A stretch of 50,987 nucleotides of DNA from assembly GCA_046497485.1 (NCBI GenBank), contig JAWOFP010000006.1, forward strand, positions 1 through 50,987. The letters run 5' to 3'. This stretch comes from Candidatus Nanohaloarchaea archaeon. GTDB taxonomy: Archaea > Nanohalarchaeota > Nanosalinia > Nanosalinales > Nanosalinaceae. Under the pieces are notes generated by a model. It searched no databases. It worked only from the letters and a program-made list of their open reading frames with translations, and was not told the origin of the DNA. Of the stretch, positions 27,310-37,095 are shown piece by piece. The stretch's first letter is position 1. The number at the start of each line of letters is the position of its first letter. The translations under genes and the position numbers were made by a program.

Positions 27310-28332
27310 ATGGACTGGAAAAGAGCAGGATTGTTCGGAGTATCAACAGCAATCATCCTTGGAATGATCTATTTCGCAGACTTCCAGCAAGTTCTCTCAA
27401 CAGCTCAAAACGCAGATAAAATTATTTTAGCCTCAGCAATCTTTGTAGGCCTGTTAAATCTTCCTATCTGGGCTAATTCATGGCATAAATTAATTAATAG
27501 AGTTGGAGGAAATGTAAGCTTCTTCAAAGCGCTAAAAATGTTTACAGCTGGAAACTTCCTGAACTCTGTAACGCCTCTAGGCCAGTTCGGCGGCGAACCA
27601 TTAATGGCATACGTAATTAAAAAGAATACAGATCTTGAGTATGAAGAAGGCCTCTCAGCAGTAGTCTCAGCAGATATAATTAATGCAATACCAATCTTTA
27701 CCTTCATTATCGGCGGTTCAGCCTATCTACTGTTCTTCAACTCCATGAACAGCATTCTACTCGAAATGAGTTACATCGCCCTAGTTATTATGGCTTTAGG
27801 AGGGTCAATCGCCTACCTTCTATGGTTCAAATCCGGTTTTTTGGAGTCTAAATTTATCTATATCCTAAAACTCTTATCGAGGCCTTTCGGTAAAGAATCT
27901 TCACTAGTAGAAAAAGTAGAAGAGAAGATGGATGGAATGCAAAAGGCCTTTAGAACTGTCGGTGAAGAGCCTAAAGAACTACTGAAAATTTCTCTTGTAG
28001 CCCACTTATTTTTTGTCTGCCAAGTAATCAGCCTCTATCTAGTGATGCTTTCTGTAGGAGTTGATACTGATTTGACTCCTCTTTACTTTGTTTTACCTAC
28101 TGCAGCTCTTGCTAATTTCAGTCCGACCCCTGGAGGGTCAGGAACCTACGAAGTGATTCTTGCTGGAGTATTAACTGCTTTCATAGGAGTTCCTGGAACA
28201 ACCGCAGTGACAATAGCGATTCTTTACAGATTCACAACCTTCTGGCCAAGCATAGTTCTCGGATATGTCTCACTGCTTTCACTGTCCGACATGGATCTCT
28301 CAGGTATAAAGAAGTTTTCAGAAAATCCATAG
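27310..28332 (+). CDS. UPF0104 / lysylphosphatidylglycerol-synthase TM family (flippase-like) protein
   Basis: NSVTPLGQFGGEP, PTPGGSGTYE, ILYRF motifs; multi-pass hydrophobic. Confidence 0.88.
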   Translation: MDWKRAGLFGVSTAIILGMIYFADFQQVLSTAQNADKIILASAIFVGLLNLPIWANSWHKLINRVGGNVSFFKALKMFTAGNFLNSVTPLGQFGGEPLMAYVIKKNTDLEYEEGLSAVVSADIINAIPIFTFIIGGSAYLLFFNSMNSILLEMSYIALVIMALGGSIAYLLWFKSGFLESKFIYILKLLSRPFGKESSLVEKVEEKMDGMQKAFRTVGEEPKELLKISLVAHLFFVCQVISLYLVMLSVGVDTDLTPLYFVLPTAALANFSPTPGGSGTYEVILAGVLTAFIGVPGTTAVTIAILYRFTTFWPSIVLGYVSLLSLSDMDLSGIKKFSENP

Positions 28333-29958
28333 AACCAAAAGTAGGTAGAATATGAATAGAGATATAACCACCAGTCTAATCAAGATATTGACACTGGAAA
28401 CCAGACCATTGTAATCATATTTCAGAAGCTTGACAGGATCTGATTTCATGGTTCCAAGGCCTATCTGAGCCGGGCTTAAATCTTTCTTTGAGGCCTCAAC
28501 CAAGCTTTTAACCTCTTCAGTATCTGTAGATTTCAGGTTAGCCATTTCATGAATTGAAGAATGAGTATCGGTCGAGAAAACCAGAGAATAATCAAAATTA
28601 GACTCATAGTCACTTTTTAAATCTCTCAGATCTTTAGTAATACCGTTGGTATCCGACCCAATCAACAAGGTCTCCTGATCTCCTACTTTTTCTGTCAAAG
28701 CCACTAAATCTCTATCTTCACTTACTTTGACTCCTGCATGATACTCTTCAAGCTCTTGACCATCTAATTCTTTTAGGAATTGGTCAAAGCTCTGCTTTAA
28801 TTCTGAGGCCTCCACTGTTCCGTATTGAACTTCTTTTTCAGGCCCCTGCTGAATGTCATGATTATGCAAATCCACTAACAGAACATCTTCTAAATCAATA
28901 TCTTCAGTAAATATCCCAACATCGTAGTCATCGATACCATCTGCAATCATATAGACTACTTTGTTATCTCCAATTTTTCTGCCATAGAATTGTACTTTTT
29001 CATATTCTCTGCGAATAATTTTAGAGGCATTATCCGCCAGTTCAGGATTGCTCACGGAGTCAAGAAGTTTTTCTGAATCATTCGGATCCGCTAAGTCCTC
29101 TTTGTGAGTACATGGAACATGGAAGAAAAATCCTCTACCGCTTTCATTCAGTTCTGATATAATTTTCTCACTTACTTTGCCACCTCCAAAACCTGCTAGA
29201 GGGCCCGGATGAACCCACGGCGCCAGGAAAATCGATTCCTCCCCATTATCTATTTTCAATGTCTGAACCTCAGGCCTCGACTCAAACCCAAGATCTAAGG
29301 CCTCTCTACGGTTCTGTAAAAGCCGTGATGTAAGTGTAAATGCCGAGACATCAGTATTTGTTTTAATCAGATAATCTACAATTACAAGTATCGCCAGCAA
29401 AAATGCTGAGGCAGCTAAAAATGAAGCAAAGCTGAAAACATAGTCATATGTTGATATTTCTAATGCATCACCTATGAAAAAGTAGAATATAGCTGCTAGA
29501 GAAGCAGGTTGGACGAAAGAAATTAGCGCTATTTTCTTAATATATTCAAACCCTACTGACATCACCAAAACCAAGACATTAATCAAGTAGAGAGTGATAA
29601 GCAGCAACCATACAATATTCCATGCATTAACTGCATTATTAGCTCCTGAAAGCACCATTATGTAGAGAAATAAAGACAATTGGTTTACTAAGGCTAGGAA
29701 AAAGCTCCAGTCTCTTGGATATTTATTCAACACTCTACAAAATAACTCTCCTGCTAAAAGCGTGGGAAAAACAAATATTAAAAGATAGAATAGAGGGATC
29801 AACATAGAAGCGATATTTATCGGTGCAAAGGCCTCAAACGCTATAAAAGATGCTAGAGTATAGATTAGGCCTAAGACAAAAATCCCCGTTATCTGATATT
29901 TAAGCGGTGGAAGGCTGAAAATAATTTTCTTGAATATATCGACATTGTCGGCTCCCAT
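28318..29958 (-). CDS. DUF2070-family membrane protein
   Basis: N-terminal TM bundle, PWVHPGPLAGFGGG, THxED, VDLHN, STDTH motifs, C-terminal TM. Confidence 0.8.
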   Translation of the reverse strand: MGADNVDIFKKIIFSLPPLKYQITGIFVLGLIYTLASFIAFEAFAPINIASMLIPLFYLLIFVFPTLLAGELFCRVLNKYPRDWSFFLALVNQLSLFLYIMVLSGANNAVNAWNIVWLLLITLYLINVLVLVMSVGFEYIKKIALISFVQPASLAAIFYFFIGDALEISTYDYVFSFASFLAASAFLLAILVIVDYLIKTNTDVSAFTLTSRLLQNRREALDLGFESRPEVQTLKIDNGEESIFLAPWVHPGPLAGFGGGKVSEKIISELNESGRGFFFHVPCTHKEDLADPNDSEKLLDSVSNPELADNASKIIRREYEKVQFYGRKIGDNKVVYMIADGIDDYDVGIFTEDIDLEDVLLVDLHNHDIQQGPEKEVQYGTVEASELKQSFDQFLKELDGQELEEYHAGVKVSEDRDLVALTEKVGDQETLLIGSDTNGITKDLRDLKSDYESNFDYSLVFSTDTHSSIHEMANLKSTDTEEVKSLVEASKKDLSPAQIGLGTMKSDPVKLLKYDYNGLVSSVNILIRLVVISLFIFYLLLVLWIF

Positions 29959-29961
29959 AAG

Positions 29962-30990
29962 CTACTCCTCATAAATCTCTTCTAACTGATTAACAGTCTC
30001 CTCAATAGAGTATTTCTTGACAGCCTCTCTAGTATTTCTACTGTTATTTAGGCAGTCCTCTACAGCTTCTTTCATACTTTCAATATCGCCGTACTTAAAC
30101 CGCGACCCATTCCCATTTTGAATCGTCCTATTAAATGGCTCCACATCTGCCGCTGCTACAGGAGTACCGCATGAATTAGCCTCCAAAGTCGAAAGGCCTA
30201 AAGTATCGCATGTTGAAGCAGTAATGAAAACATCCATAGCGCTATAAGACGCCGGAAGATTTTCCCTGTCCATAAAATCTTTGAACTCGACATTTTCCGG
30301 CGCCAACCTCTCTAATTTAGGTCTTTCAGGGCCTTCACCCACTAAAACAAATTTTTTATCGCCCATTTTCTTTGCTAGTTTCAGAACTTCTTCCAAGTTC
30401 TTTTTCTTACTCATTCTACCGCTGTAACCAATTACTTCCTCTCCTTCAAACATTTCAGTTTCCACAGGTTTGAAAAACTCCATTTCCAGGCCTACAGGCA
30501 GCTTTCTGGGCTCAATTTCCCTATCAATTTTAGATGTAGAAGCCGTGACACAGTCAAATCCTTCAAGCAACTTATTTTCATAAAATACCCATAGCTTTCC
30601 TGCAAGATTTGCTAAAATCTCTGATTTCAGGCCTCTAACCAGGTAATCCTCCACAGGAGTATGATGTGTATAAACTGATTTCACATCTTTCTTTTTGGCG
30701 TATCTTCTTCCAATTATTCCTGTTGAAGCCGGGCCATGGCAATGTACAATGTCAAGTTCAGGTAAATTAGAAATTCTTTTGTAAAGCGGCAAACGGTACT
30801 GAGAATATAACAGATTAGGTAAGGACTTTACCGGATACTCGTTCTCGCCCGGTTCATAACCCGGATTCCCTGGATATATTACATGGACTTCATGGCCTCG
30901 TTCCTCCAGTCTTTCCTTCCAGGCCTTTATAGTATAAGTTACTCCATCGATTCCAGGGAAGTAGCTGTCAGTGAAAAACCCTATTTTCAT
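29962..30990 (-). CDS. GT4 glycosyltransferase (diacylglycerol glucosyltransferase-like)
   Basis: FTDSYFPGIDGV, YTHHT, GRMSKKKN, DTLGLSTLEANSCGTP motifs. Confidence 0.9.
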   Translation of the reverse strand: MKIGFFTDSYFPGIDGVTYTIKAWKERLEERGHEVHVIYPGNPGYEPGENEYPVKSLPNLLYSQYRLPLYKRISNLPELDIVHCHGPASTGIIGRRYAKKKDVKSVYTHHTPVEDYLVRGLKSEILANLAGKLWVFYENKLLEGFDCVTASTSKIDREIEPRKLPVGLEMEFFKPVETEMFEGEEVIGYSGRMSKKKNLEEVLKLAKKMGDKKFVLVGEGPERPKLERLAPENVEFKDFMDRENLPASYSAMDVFITASTCDTLGLSTLEANSCGTPVAAADVEPFNRTIQNGNGSRFKYGDIESMKEAVEDCLNNSRNTREAVKKYSIEETVNQLEEIYEE

Positions 30991-31041
30991 GTATTTCAGT
31001 AAAAATCATTTAGGTCGGAGACTTTATCAAATTTAAACCCT

Positions 31042-32043
31042 TCAAACCAGTTCTCTGTAAACTTCTAAAAGACCTTCTCCAACCTTTTCAAGTCTAAATT
31101 CCTGGCTTTTCTCCTGAGCTGAGTTTCCGATTGAATCTCTCTTTCCCTCATCTTCAATCAGTTCTTGGAGCACTGGCGTGAAATCTTCTGAGGCCTTCAA
31201 ACAGTTTTCACCACCTTCCAGCCACTCAAAAGTCTCAATATCTCTAACAACCGGAGGCTTACCGCATGACATTGCTTCAAGAAGAGCCATCCCCTCATTT
31301 TCATTCTTTGTAGGGAAAAAGAAGATATCTCCGGCAGCAAAAGCCCCTCTTACATCATCAATAAAACCTGTGAAAGTGCAATTGTCAAGAGAACTCTCAA
31401 CCAATTCTTGAGTCTCATTACTGCGGATAAATCTATCGAAGAATCCTTCTCCACCTGTGGGGTTCACCCATCCAAACCATACAAAATCTGTCTCCGGCAT
31501 TTTTTCAGCTGTCTCAACAAAACTCTTCAGGCCTTTCCTCTTAATCACATGGCCGACGCAGAAGACTACAGGAGGCTCCAAATCATATTTCTCAAGGTAT
31601 TCTTCTCTCAAATCTTCGAATCCATCAAGTTTATCCGAATCAAAGCCATTGCTCAAAACTGTTTTAGGAGTATCAGTATAAGAATCAAGTAACTCTTTAT
31701 TGAATTTTGAAGGACAGATTATATGATCCGCTAACCCATAGGCAAATTTGAGATAAGGTTTCAGAGGCTTAGCTAAAATATTAGAAAACGCAAAGCTGTC
31801 TTGAAAATCCTCAGCTGTTAAATGAGCATGAACCACTACAGAAATATCATTTCTCTTAGCTCTAAAGGCATAATAGACTGATTTAGGCCCCATTAAGTTC
31901 AAATGAAGGATATCTGCATCCTTCTCAAACTTCTCCGAATATTCTACCCCATTTTCCTCCAGTATCTTTCTCTGATTCTTCACCGACTGCTTCTGCCCGC
32001 CAGTGATCGTATCTCCAAACTCGAAGTAGTGGCTGATCTTCAT
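31042..32043 (-). CDS. GT4 glycosyltransferase
   Basis: HAHLTAEDFQDSF, RKGLKSF, ENEGMALLEAMSCGKP motifs. Confidence 0.9.
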   Translation of the reverse strand: MKISHYFEFGDTITGGQKQSVKNQRKILEENGVEYSEKFEKDADILHLNLMGPKSVYYAFRAKRNDISVVVHAHLTAEDFQDSFAFSNILAKPLKPYLKFAYGLADHIICPSKFNKELLDSYTDTPKTVLSNGFDSDKLDGFEDLREEYLEKYDLEPPVVFCVGHVIKRKGLKSFVETAEKMPETDFVWFGWVNPTGGEGFFDRFIRSNETQELVESSLDNCTFTGFIDDVRGAFAAGDIFFFPTKNENEGMALLEAMSCGKPPVVRDIETFEWLEGGENCLKASEDFTPVLQELIEDEGKRDSIGNSAQEKSQEFRLEKVGEGLLEVYRELV

Positions 32044-32096
32044 TGTAAGTTAGTTATAAGAAAAAGATGTAAAATATGTTGGTTGACTTATTCCGA

Positions 32097-32522
32097 CTAC
32101 TGTGTTTGGATTTCCCCCATAAATACTCCGCTAACTGATTGTTGTGTGCCTTCAGACGTATATGTAAACTCAACTGGAACTTCATTGCAAGAGTCCGACG
32201 TATCTAAATTAATTTGAGTTATTTCAACAACTGAGGCTTGACCTATTCCTATAGACTCTGATAAGTCTTCAGACTGACCATATATAGTAATAGATTCTAG
32301 TTCAACAGTTGAGGCTGCACCATTTCTCAACTCAATTTGCATTTGTCCTTGATCATTTAGATCAAAGTTTTCAACAACTAAATCTTCTCCTGTAAATCCT
32401 GAAGTAGTTTGAGTACAAGTTTCTTGAGTTGTAGCGAATAGGGCGCCTCCAACAATCGAAATCACGGGAATTGCTACTATCCCCATAACTAAAACAGCCA
32501 GTAATAGAATTTTTTTGCTCAT
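32097..32522 (-). CDS. Pilin-like protein (paralog of 40286-40801) lacking a class III cleavage motif
   Basis: IVGGALFATTQETCTQTTSGFTGEDLVVENF aligns with IVGGAIFATVQGQCTQSTSGFSGGDVLIDNF; shared ELRNG/EVRNG and SDxCN. Confidence 0.8.
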   Translation of the reverse strand: MSKKILLLAVLVMGIVAIPVISIVGGALFATTQETCTQTTSGFTGEDLVVENFDLNDQGQMQIELRNGAASTVELESITIYGQSEDLSESIGIGQASVVEITQINLDTSDSCNEVPVEFTYTSEGTQQSVSGVFMGEIQTQ

Positions 32523-32629
32523 AAAACATATTTTTCCGAATTCGGTTAAATATGTTTTTTGCCAATAATCTTCAAATTAGATCAAAAGCTTTTGATTAAA
32601 AACGTGGAAATCTCAATTAATATTTAGAA

Positions 32630-33667
32630 ATGTTCAAAGGTTTCAACTCAGAGAAGGTTAAAAATATTTTCTGGTTTGGGATAGCCAGTCTAATTTTCGC
32701 AGGCCTTGTGTTACTGGCAGATCTAAATAAATTAATCACAGCTTTAACTGAGGCCAAATTAATCTATATGATTTTCTCATGTGCTGCAGGATTCTCTATA
32801 ATATTAGCATGGACGTTAAACTGGTTTAATTTTTTCAAAGTCTCCAAAATAAACTGTAGCTTTCCAAGAACATTCCAGCTCTTCTCTGCAGGACAGTTTA
32901 TCAATTCTATAACCCCTTTAGGCCAGTTCGGAGGCCAACCATTCATGGCTTATCTGATATCGACGCATTCAGATACTTCATATGAAGAATCACTGGCAAC
33001 AGTGATGTCGGCTGACGTGCTAGCTATTATGCCTCTTTCAACTTTTGTGATAATCGGATATTCTTACATTACGATAACAGGCACAGTTTCAGGAGAATTA
33101 ACGAGAATGGCTTTGATAGCTTCTTCCCTACTAATTTTTGGAATAGTTATGAGCTATCTAGGATGGTACAGGCCTGGAAGTCTTGAAAATACCTTGCTTA
33201 AAGTCACGGAAGGTATAACTAATTTTATAGGCCGAGGTTCAAGCTTTGTAGATAAACTAGAAGAAAAGCTGGAAAATGTCGAGGAAACCTTCAAAACAGT
33301 CGGAGAGCATCCAAAGGCAGTTATTCGATCCCTTGCGATAACTCATACAGCTTTTCTACTTAAAATGACGGCTTTCTATGGAGTAATGCTTTCAGTAGGC
33401 CTTGAAATGAATCCTTTTCAGGTAATGCTGTTAATACCTTTAGCAAGTGTAGCAAATTTCTCTCCTACACCTGGAGGCGCGGGCACATTTGAAGCTGCGA
33501 TGGCAGGCCTGATAGTTCTTTTTGTAGATGTTAACCTGGCAACAGCTTTAACAGCAGCTATTCTTTACCGTCTAGCTACTTACTGGGTCAATATAATAGT
33601 AGGATACATCGCAATGAGCTCACTTAATTATGATATTGGAGATATAGGAAATACTCAGAAAACCTGA
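32630..33667 (+). CDS. Second UPF0104 flippase-like membrane protein
   Basis: NSITPLGQFGGQP, PTPGGAGTFE, ILYRL; clear paralog of 27310-28332. Confidence 0.88.
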   Translation: MFKGFNSEKVKNIFWFGIASLIFAGLVLLADLNKLITALTEAKLIYMIFSCAAGFSIILAWTLNWFNFFKVSKINCSFPRTFQLFSAGQFINSITPLGQFGGQPFMAYLISTHSDTSYEESLATVMSADVLAIMPLSTFVIIGYSYITITGTVSGELTRMALIASSLLIFGIVMSYLGWYRPGSLENTLLKVTEGITNFIGRGSSFVDKLEEKLENVEETFKTVGEHPKAVIRSLAITHTAFLLKMTAFYGVMLSVGLEMNPFQVMLLIPLASVANFSPTPGGAGTFEAAMAGLIVLFVDVNLATALTAAILYRLATYWVNIIVGYIAMSSLNYDIGDIGNTQKT

Positions 33668-33709
33668 TTAAGAATTTATTTAAGAATACATTGAGAACTA
33701 CTTTTTACA

Positions 33710-33748
33710 ATGAAACGTGGTCGTCCCACTATCAGATAACCTTTTTTT
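33710..33748 (+). other. Micro-ORF MKRGRPTIR / small hairpin followed by a T7 tract, upstream of thrS
   Basis: TTTATTTAAG box at 33675-33684, ATG 33710 to TAA 33739, TTTTTTT at 33742-33748. Confidence 0.4.
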
Positions 33749-33811
33749 CGACAAGCCTAGATTTAACTCTGGCCGTTCAAAACATTCTCATAAACTAAAC
33801 AAGTGGAAAAT

Positions 33812-35734
33812 ATGATAGAAGTTACTTTACCTGATGGATCAAACTTAGAATTAGAGGAAAACTCGACAATAGAAGATGCCGCATACGAAATAGGAACCGG
33901 TTTAGGAGACGCAACAGTCGCTGGAAAAATTAACGGCGACTTAGTAGCGAAAGAGGAAGCTGTTAGCGACGGCGACGATATAGTGATAGTAACTCCTCAA
34001 AGCGATGAATATCTCCAAGTTCTCAGACACAGTGCCGCCCATGTCTTTGCACAGGCCTTAAAGAGAATCTACGGCGATCAGGTAAAACTAACAATCGGGC
34101 CTTGGACAGACGAAGGATTTTATTATGATATTGATGGAGTGGAACTGGAAAAATCTGACTTCAAGGAGATAGAAGAAGAAATGAAGAAAATTGTGGATGA
34201 AGACCTTGAAATCGAAAGAGAGATGATTCCAAGAGAAGAAGCAGAGGAATTCTTCAAAGACAACGAATACAAGACCCAGATTTTGGAAGAGGAGGCCTCT
34301 GAAGGAGAAGAAGTCAGTTTTTACAAGCAAGGTAAATTTAAGGACCTATGTAAAGGCCCTCACGTAGAATCAACTGGAGAAGTTGAGGCCTTCAAGTTGA
34401 TGGAGATCGCTGGCGCCTACTGGCGTGGCGATGAAGAAAATGAAATGCTGACAAGAGTTTACGGAACAGCATTTGACTCAGAAAAAGATCTAGAAAACTT
34501 TATTGAGAAGCGAAAAGAAGCAGAGAAGAGAGACCACAGAAAAATCGGCCAGGAAATGGATCTTTTCTCAGTTCCGGAACACGCTCCGGGAGCGCCTCAT
34601 TATCACAGAGCTGGTATGAGAATCAGAAGAGAATTGGAAGAATACATCAGAGAAAAGAACAAAGAACTAGGTTACGAAGAAGTCTGGACCCCTGAACTGA
34701 ACAAAGCTAATCTCTGGAAGAAGACAGGCCATTACGAGGCCTTCAAGGAAGAAGGAGAGATGTTTGCATGGGAGCAGGATGAGATAGAATACGGCTTGAA
34801 GCCTATGAACTGTGCAAATCACTCACATATCTTTGACTCAGGTACAAGAAGCTACAAGGATCTTCCGATTAAACTCTCCGAGTTCGGAACAGTCAATAGA
34901 AATGAACAATCCGGAGAGCTTTCAGGCCTTCTCAGAGTCCGTGTAATGACACAGGACGACGGTCATGCATACATCAGAAAGGATCAAATCGAGGAAGAGA
35001 TTAAAGCACATTTGAAGAAGATTATCGAGATGTATGATGAATTTGGCTTTGATGTAAACTTTATCATGGAGACTAAACCTCCGAAAGCTCAAGGCCCTGA
35101 TGAATTATGGGATGAAGCCGAAAGTTCGCTGAAAAATGCGATGGACGAAATTGTCGGAGACTACGAAGTAAAGCCGGAAGAAGGAGCATTTTACGGCCCA
35201 AAGATCGGTGTTGAAGTTGAGGACGCCATCGGCCGTGAATGGCAATTAGGAACCGTTCAACTCGACTTCGTGATTCCAAGAAATTATGGCCTAAAATATC
35301 AGGGAGAAGACAACGAAGAACATTACCCAGTCATGATTCACAGAGCAATCCTTGGATCTATTGAACGGTTCATGGGGGTCATGATTGAACACTTCGAAGG
35401 AGAGTTCCCAACATGGCTAGCGCCTGAACAGGTAAGAATATTGCCTGTCAGCGATGACAACCTTGGATATGCGGAAGAACTAAAGGAAGAGCTTTCCGAT
35501 TTCAGAGTTGAGATCGAGGATCGAAGCTGGACGGTCGGAAAGAAAATCCAGGCAGCTCATGACGATAGAGTGCCTTACATGATAATCGTCGGAGACGACG
35601 AGGAACAGGCCTCAGAAATCTCAATAAGAGACCGATTTGAGAGCGAGGACAGAGGCTTCACAGTTGAAGAATTTAGAGAGGCCTTAAGAGAAGAGGTTGA
35701 AGAAAAAAGGTTGGAGCCTGATTTCCTCAAATAA
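33812..35734 (+). CDS. thrS: Threonine--tRNA ligase, bacterial-type (TGS and editing domains)
   Basis: TLPDG, RHSAAH, DLCKGPHV, GAYWRGD, RDHRKIG, KPMNC, GAFYGPK, HRAILGSIERF; start ATG 33812 or GTG 33803. Confidence 0.97.
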   Translation: MIEVTLPDGSNLELEENSTIEDAAYEIGTGLGDATVAGKINGDLVAKEEAVSDGDDIVIVTPQSDEYLQVLRHSAAHVFAQALKRIYGDQVKLTIGPWTDEGFYYDIDGVELEKSDFKEIEEEMKKIVDEDLEIEREMIPREEAEEFFKDNEYKTQILEEEASEGEEVSFYKQGKFKDLCKGPHVESTGEVEAFKLMEIAGAYWRGDEENEMLTRVYGTAFDSEKDLENFIEKRKEAEKRDHRKIGQEMDLFSVPEHAPGAPHYHRAGMRIRRELEEYIREKNKELGYEEVWTPELNKANLWKKTGHYEAFKEEGEMFAWEQDEIEYGLKPMNCANHSHIFDSGTRSYKDLPIKLSEFGTVNRNEQSGELSGLLRVRVMTQDDGHAYIRKDQIEEEIKAHLKKIIEMYDEFGFDVNFIMETKPPKAQGPDELWDEAESSLKNAMDEIVGDYEVKPEEGAFYGPKIGVEVEDAIGREWQLGTVQLDFVIPRNYGLKYQGEDNEEHYPVMIHRAILGSIERFMGVMIEHFEGEFPTWLAPEQVRILPVSDDNLGYAEELKEELSDFRVEIEDRSWTVGKKIQAAHDDRVPYMIIVGDDEEQASEISIRDRFESEDRGFTVEEFREALREEVEEKRLEPDFLK

Positions 35735-35789
35735 GATCTCAATTTTTTCTTTCTTAATTTCTTTAAGTAAGGGATTCTAATTAGAGGTT

Positions 35790-36326
35790 ATGTTTGGGAA
35801 GCTTGAGGAGCGTGACTGGTTCGATCTTTACGAAAATGAAAGAGTTGAATGGTGGAGCCACCCTGCTCTATTACTGTACCTTCCTAAGCTAGTCCCAAGT
35901 TCTGCACTATTAATTTTAGGCCTGGCTGGCATAGTTACTGGTTATCCCGGTTTTGATTATTCTAGGGTTCTCTATCTTCTAGCATCTCTAGGCGTTACTG
36001 GATATATTCTGTATATATTGCTTGAGTGGCGCAGCGTCTACTATGTTGTAACAGACCAGAGAGTTATCAGAAAAGACGGGATTATAGGAGAGGAAATCGA
36101 CACTGTAAATTTTTCCAGGGTTACAAATGTAAAAACTGATATCTCGATAATCGAGAGATTCCTGAGCCTGTTGGTGCCGGACGAAGATATTGGAGATCTC
36201 TTTATCCATACCGCGGATGATCATAGAGGCGACATCAAATTTGTGAATGTAGACGGCATGAGCAAGGCAAAAGAAATGATCCAGTCCAATCTAAGCCAGT
36301 ACTCTAGAAACGCAAACCAGAGATGA
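35790..36326 (+). CDS. Membrane-anchored bacterial PH-domain (bPH_2) protein
   Basis: Two TM segments followed by YVVTDQRVIRKDGII...V..V...ER...GDLFIHTA. Confidence 0.8.
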   Translation: MFGKLEERDWFDLYENERVEWWSHPALLLYLPKLVPSSALLILGLAGIVTGYPGFDYSRVLYLLASLGVTGYILYILLEWRSVYYVVTDQRVIRKDGIIGEEIDTVNFSRVTNVKTDISIIERFLSLLVPDEDIGDLFIHTADDHRGDIKFVNVDGMSKAKEMIQSNLSQYSRNANQR

Positions 36327-36370
36327 GAAACAGGTTTTGATTTAAAAGCTTTTAACCACCGAATAGATGT

Positions 36371-36775
36371 ATGAGTACAGTATATGATGTAAAGGCTGAG
36401 CCTTTAATTCAGGAAGTAGCTGAGGAATTAGAAGAAGAGTTTGAAGCTCCAGAATGGACTAATTATGCCAAGACAGGAGTTAGAAAAGACAGGCCTCCAC
36501 AGCAGGAGAACTGGTATCATATTCGTTCAGCAGCTATCCTGAGAAGGATTTACACCGATGGACCTCTAGGAGTCTCCCGACTTAGAACTATTTTCGGAGA
36601 CAACAAGAACAACGGACACGGACCTAACCACCATGGAAAGGCTTCCGGAAAAGTTATCAGGACCTCTCTTCAAAACTTAGAGGAAGCAGGCCTGGTAGAA
36701 GAAGTTGAAGGAGAAGGGCGTAAGATCACAGAAGAAGGACAGGCCTTACTCGACGAGACCGCATCTTCAGTTTAA
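36371..36775 (+). CDS. rps19e: 30S ribosomal protein S19e
   Basis: PEW..YAKTG..K.RPP, WYHIRSAAILR, SGKVIR..LQ.LE motifs. Confidence 0.96.
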   Translation: MSTVYDVKAEPLIQEVAEELEEEFEAPEWTNYAKTGVRKDRPPQQENWYHIRSAAILRRIYTDGPLGVSRLRTIFGDNKNNGHGPNHHGKASGKVIRTSLQNLEEAGLVEEVEGEGRKITEEGQALLDETASSV

Positions 36776-36778
36776 ATT

Positions 36779-37087
36779 ATGGACGAAGACGAGCTCGAAG
36801 AATTAAGAGAGAAAAAGAGGAAGGAACTTCAGGAACAGGAAAAACAACAGGAGCAGCAGGAAGAACAAGTTAGACAGGCTGCCAAACAGTTTCTAACTTC
36901 TGAAGCACAGTCCAGGATGGAGAATGTCAGAGCCGCAAGACCTGAACAGGCCTCGATGATCGAACAGAGAATAGCGATGCTTGGAAGATCTCAACAAGTT
37001 CAAGGAGAAATTAATGACGGCCAGTTGAAAGAGATACTTAAAGATTTGAATGATAAAGATTCGGATTATAACATTAAACACAGGTAA
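36779..37087 (+). CDS. PDCD5-like DNA-binding protein
   Basis: DELEELR, LTSEAQSRMENVRAARPE, INDGQLKEIL; position after S19e. Confidence 0.9.
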   Translation: MDEDELEELREKKRKELQEQEKQQEQQEEQVRQAAKQFLTSEAQSRMENVRAARPEQASMIEQRIAMLGRSQQVQGEINDGQLKEILKDLNDKDSDYNIKHR

Positions 37088-37095
37088 TTGATACT

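Noticed and set aside
33710..33739. Ribosomal protein L41e as the identity of the micro-ORF
   Set aside because: Only 9 codons and lacks the KW.KKR.RRL pattern
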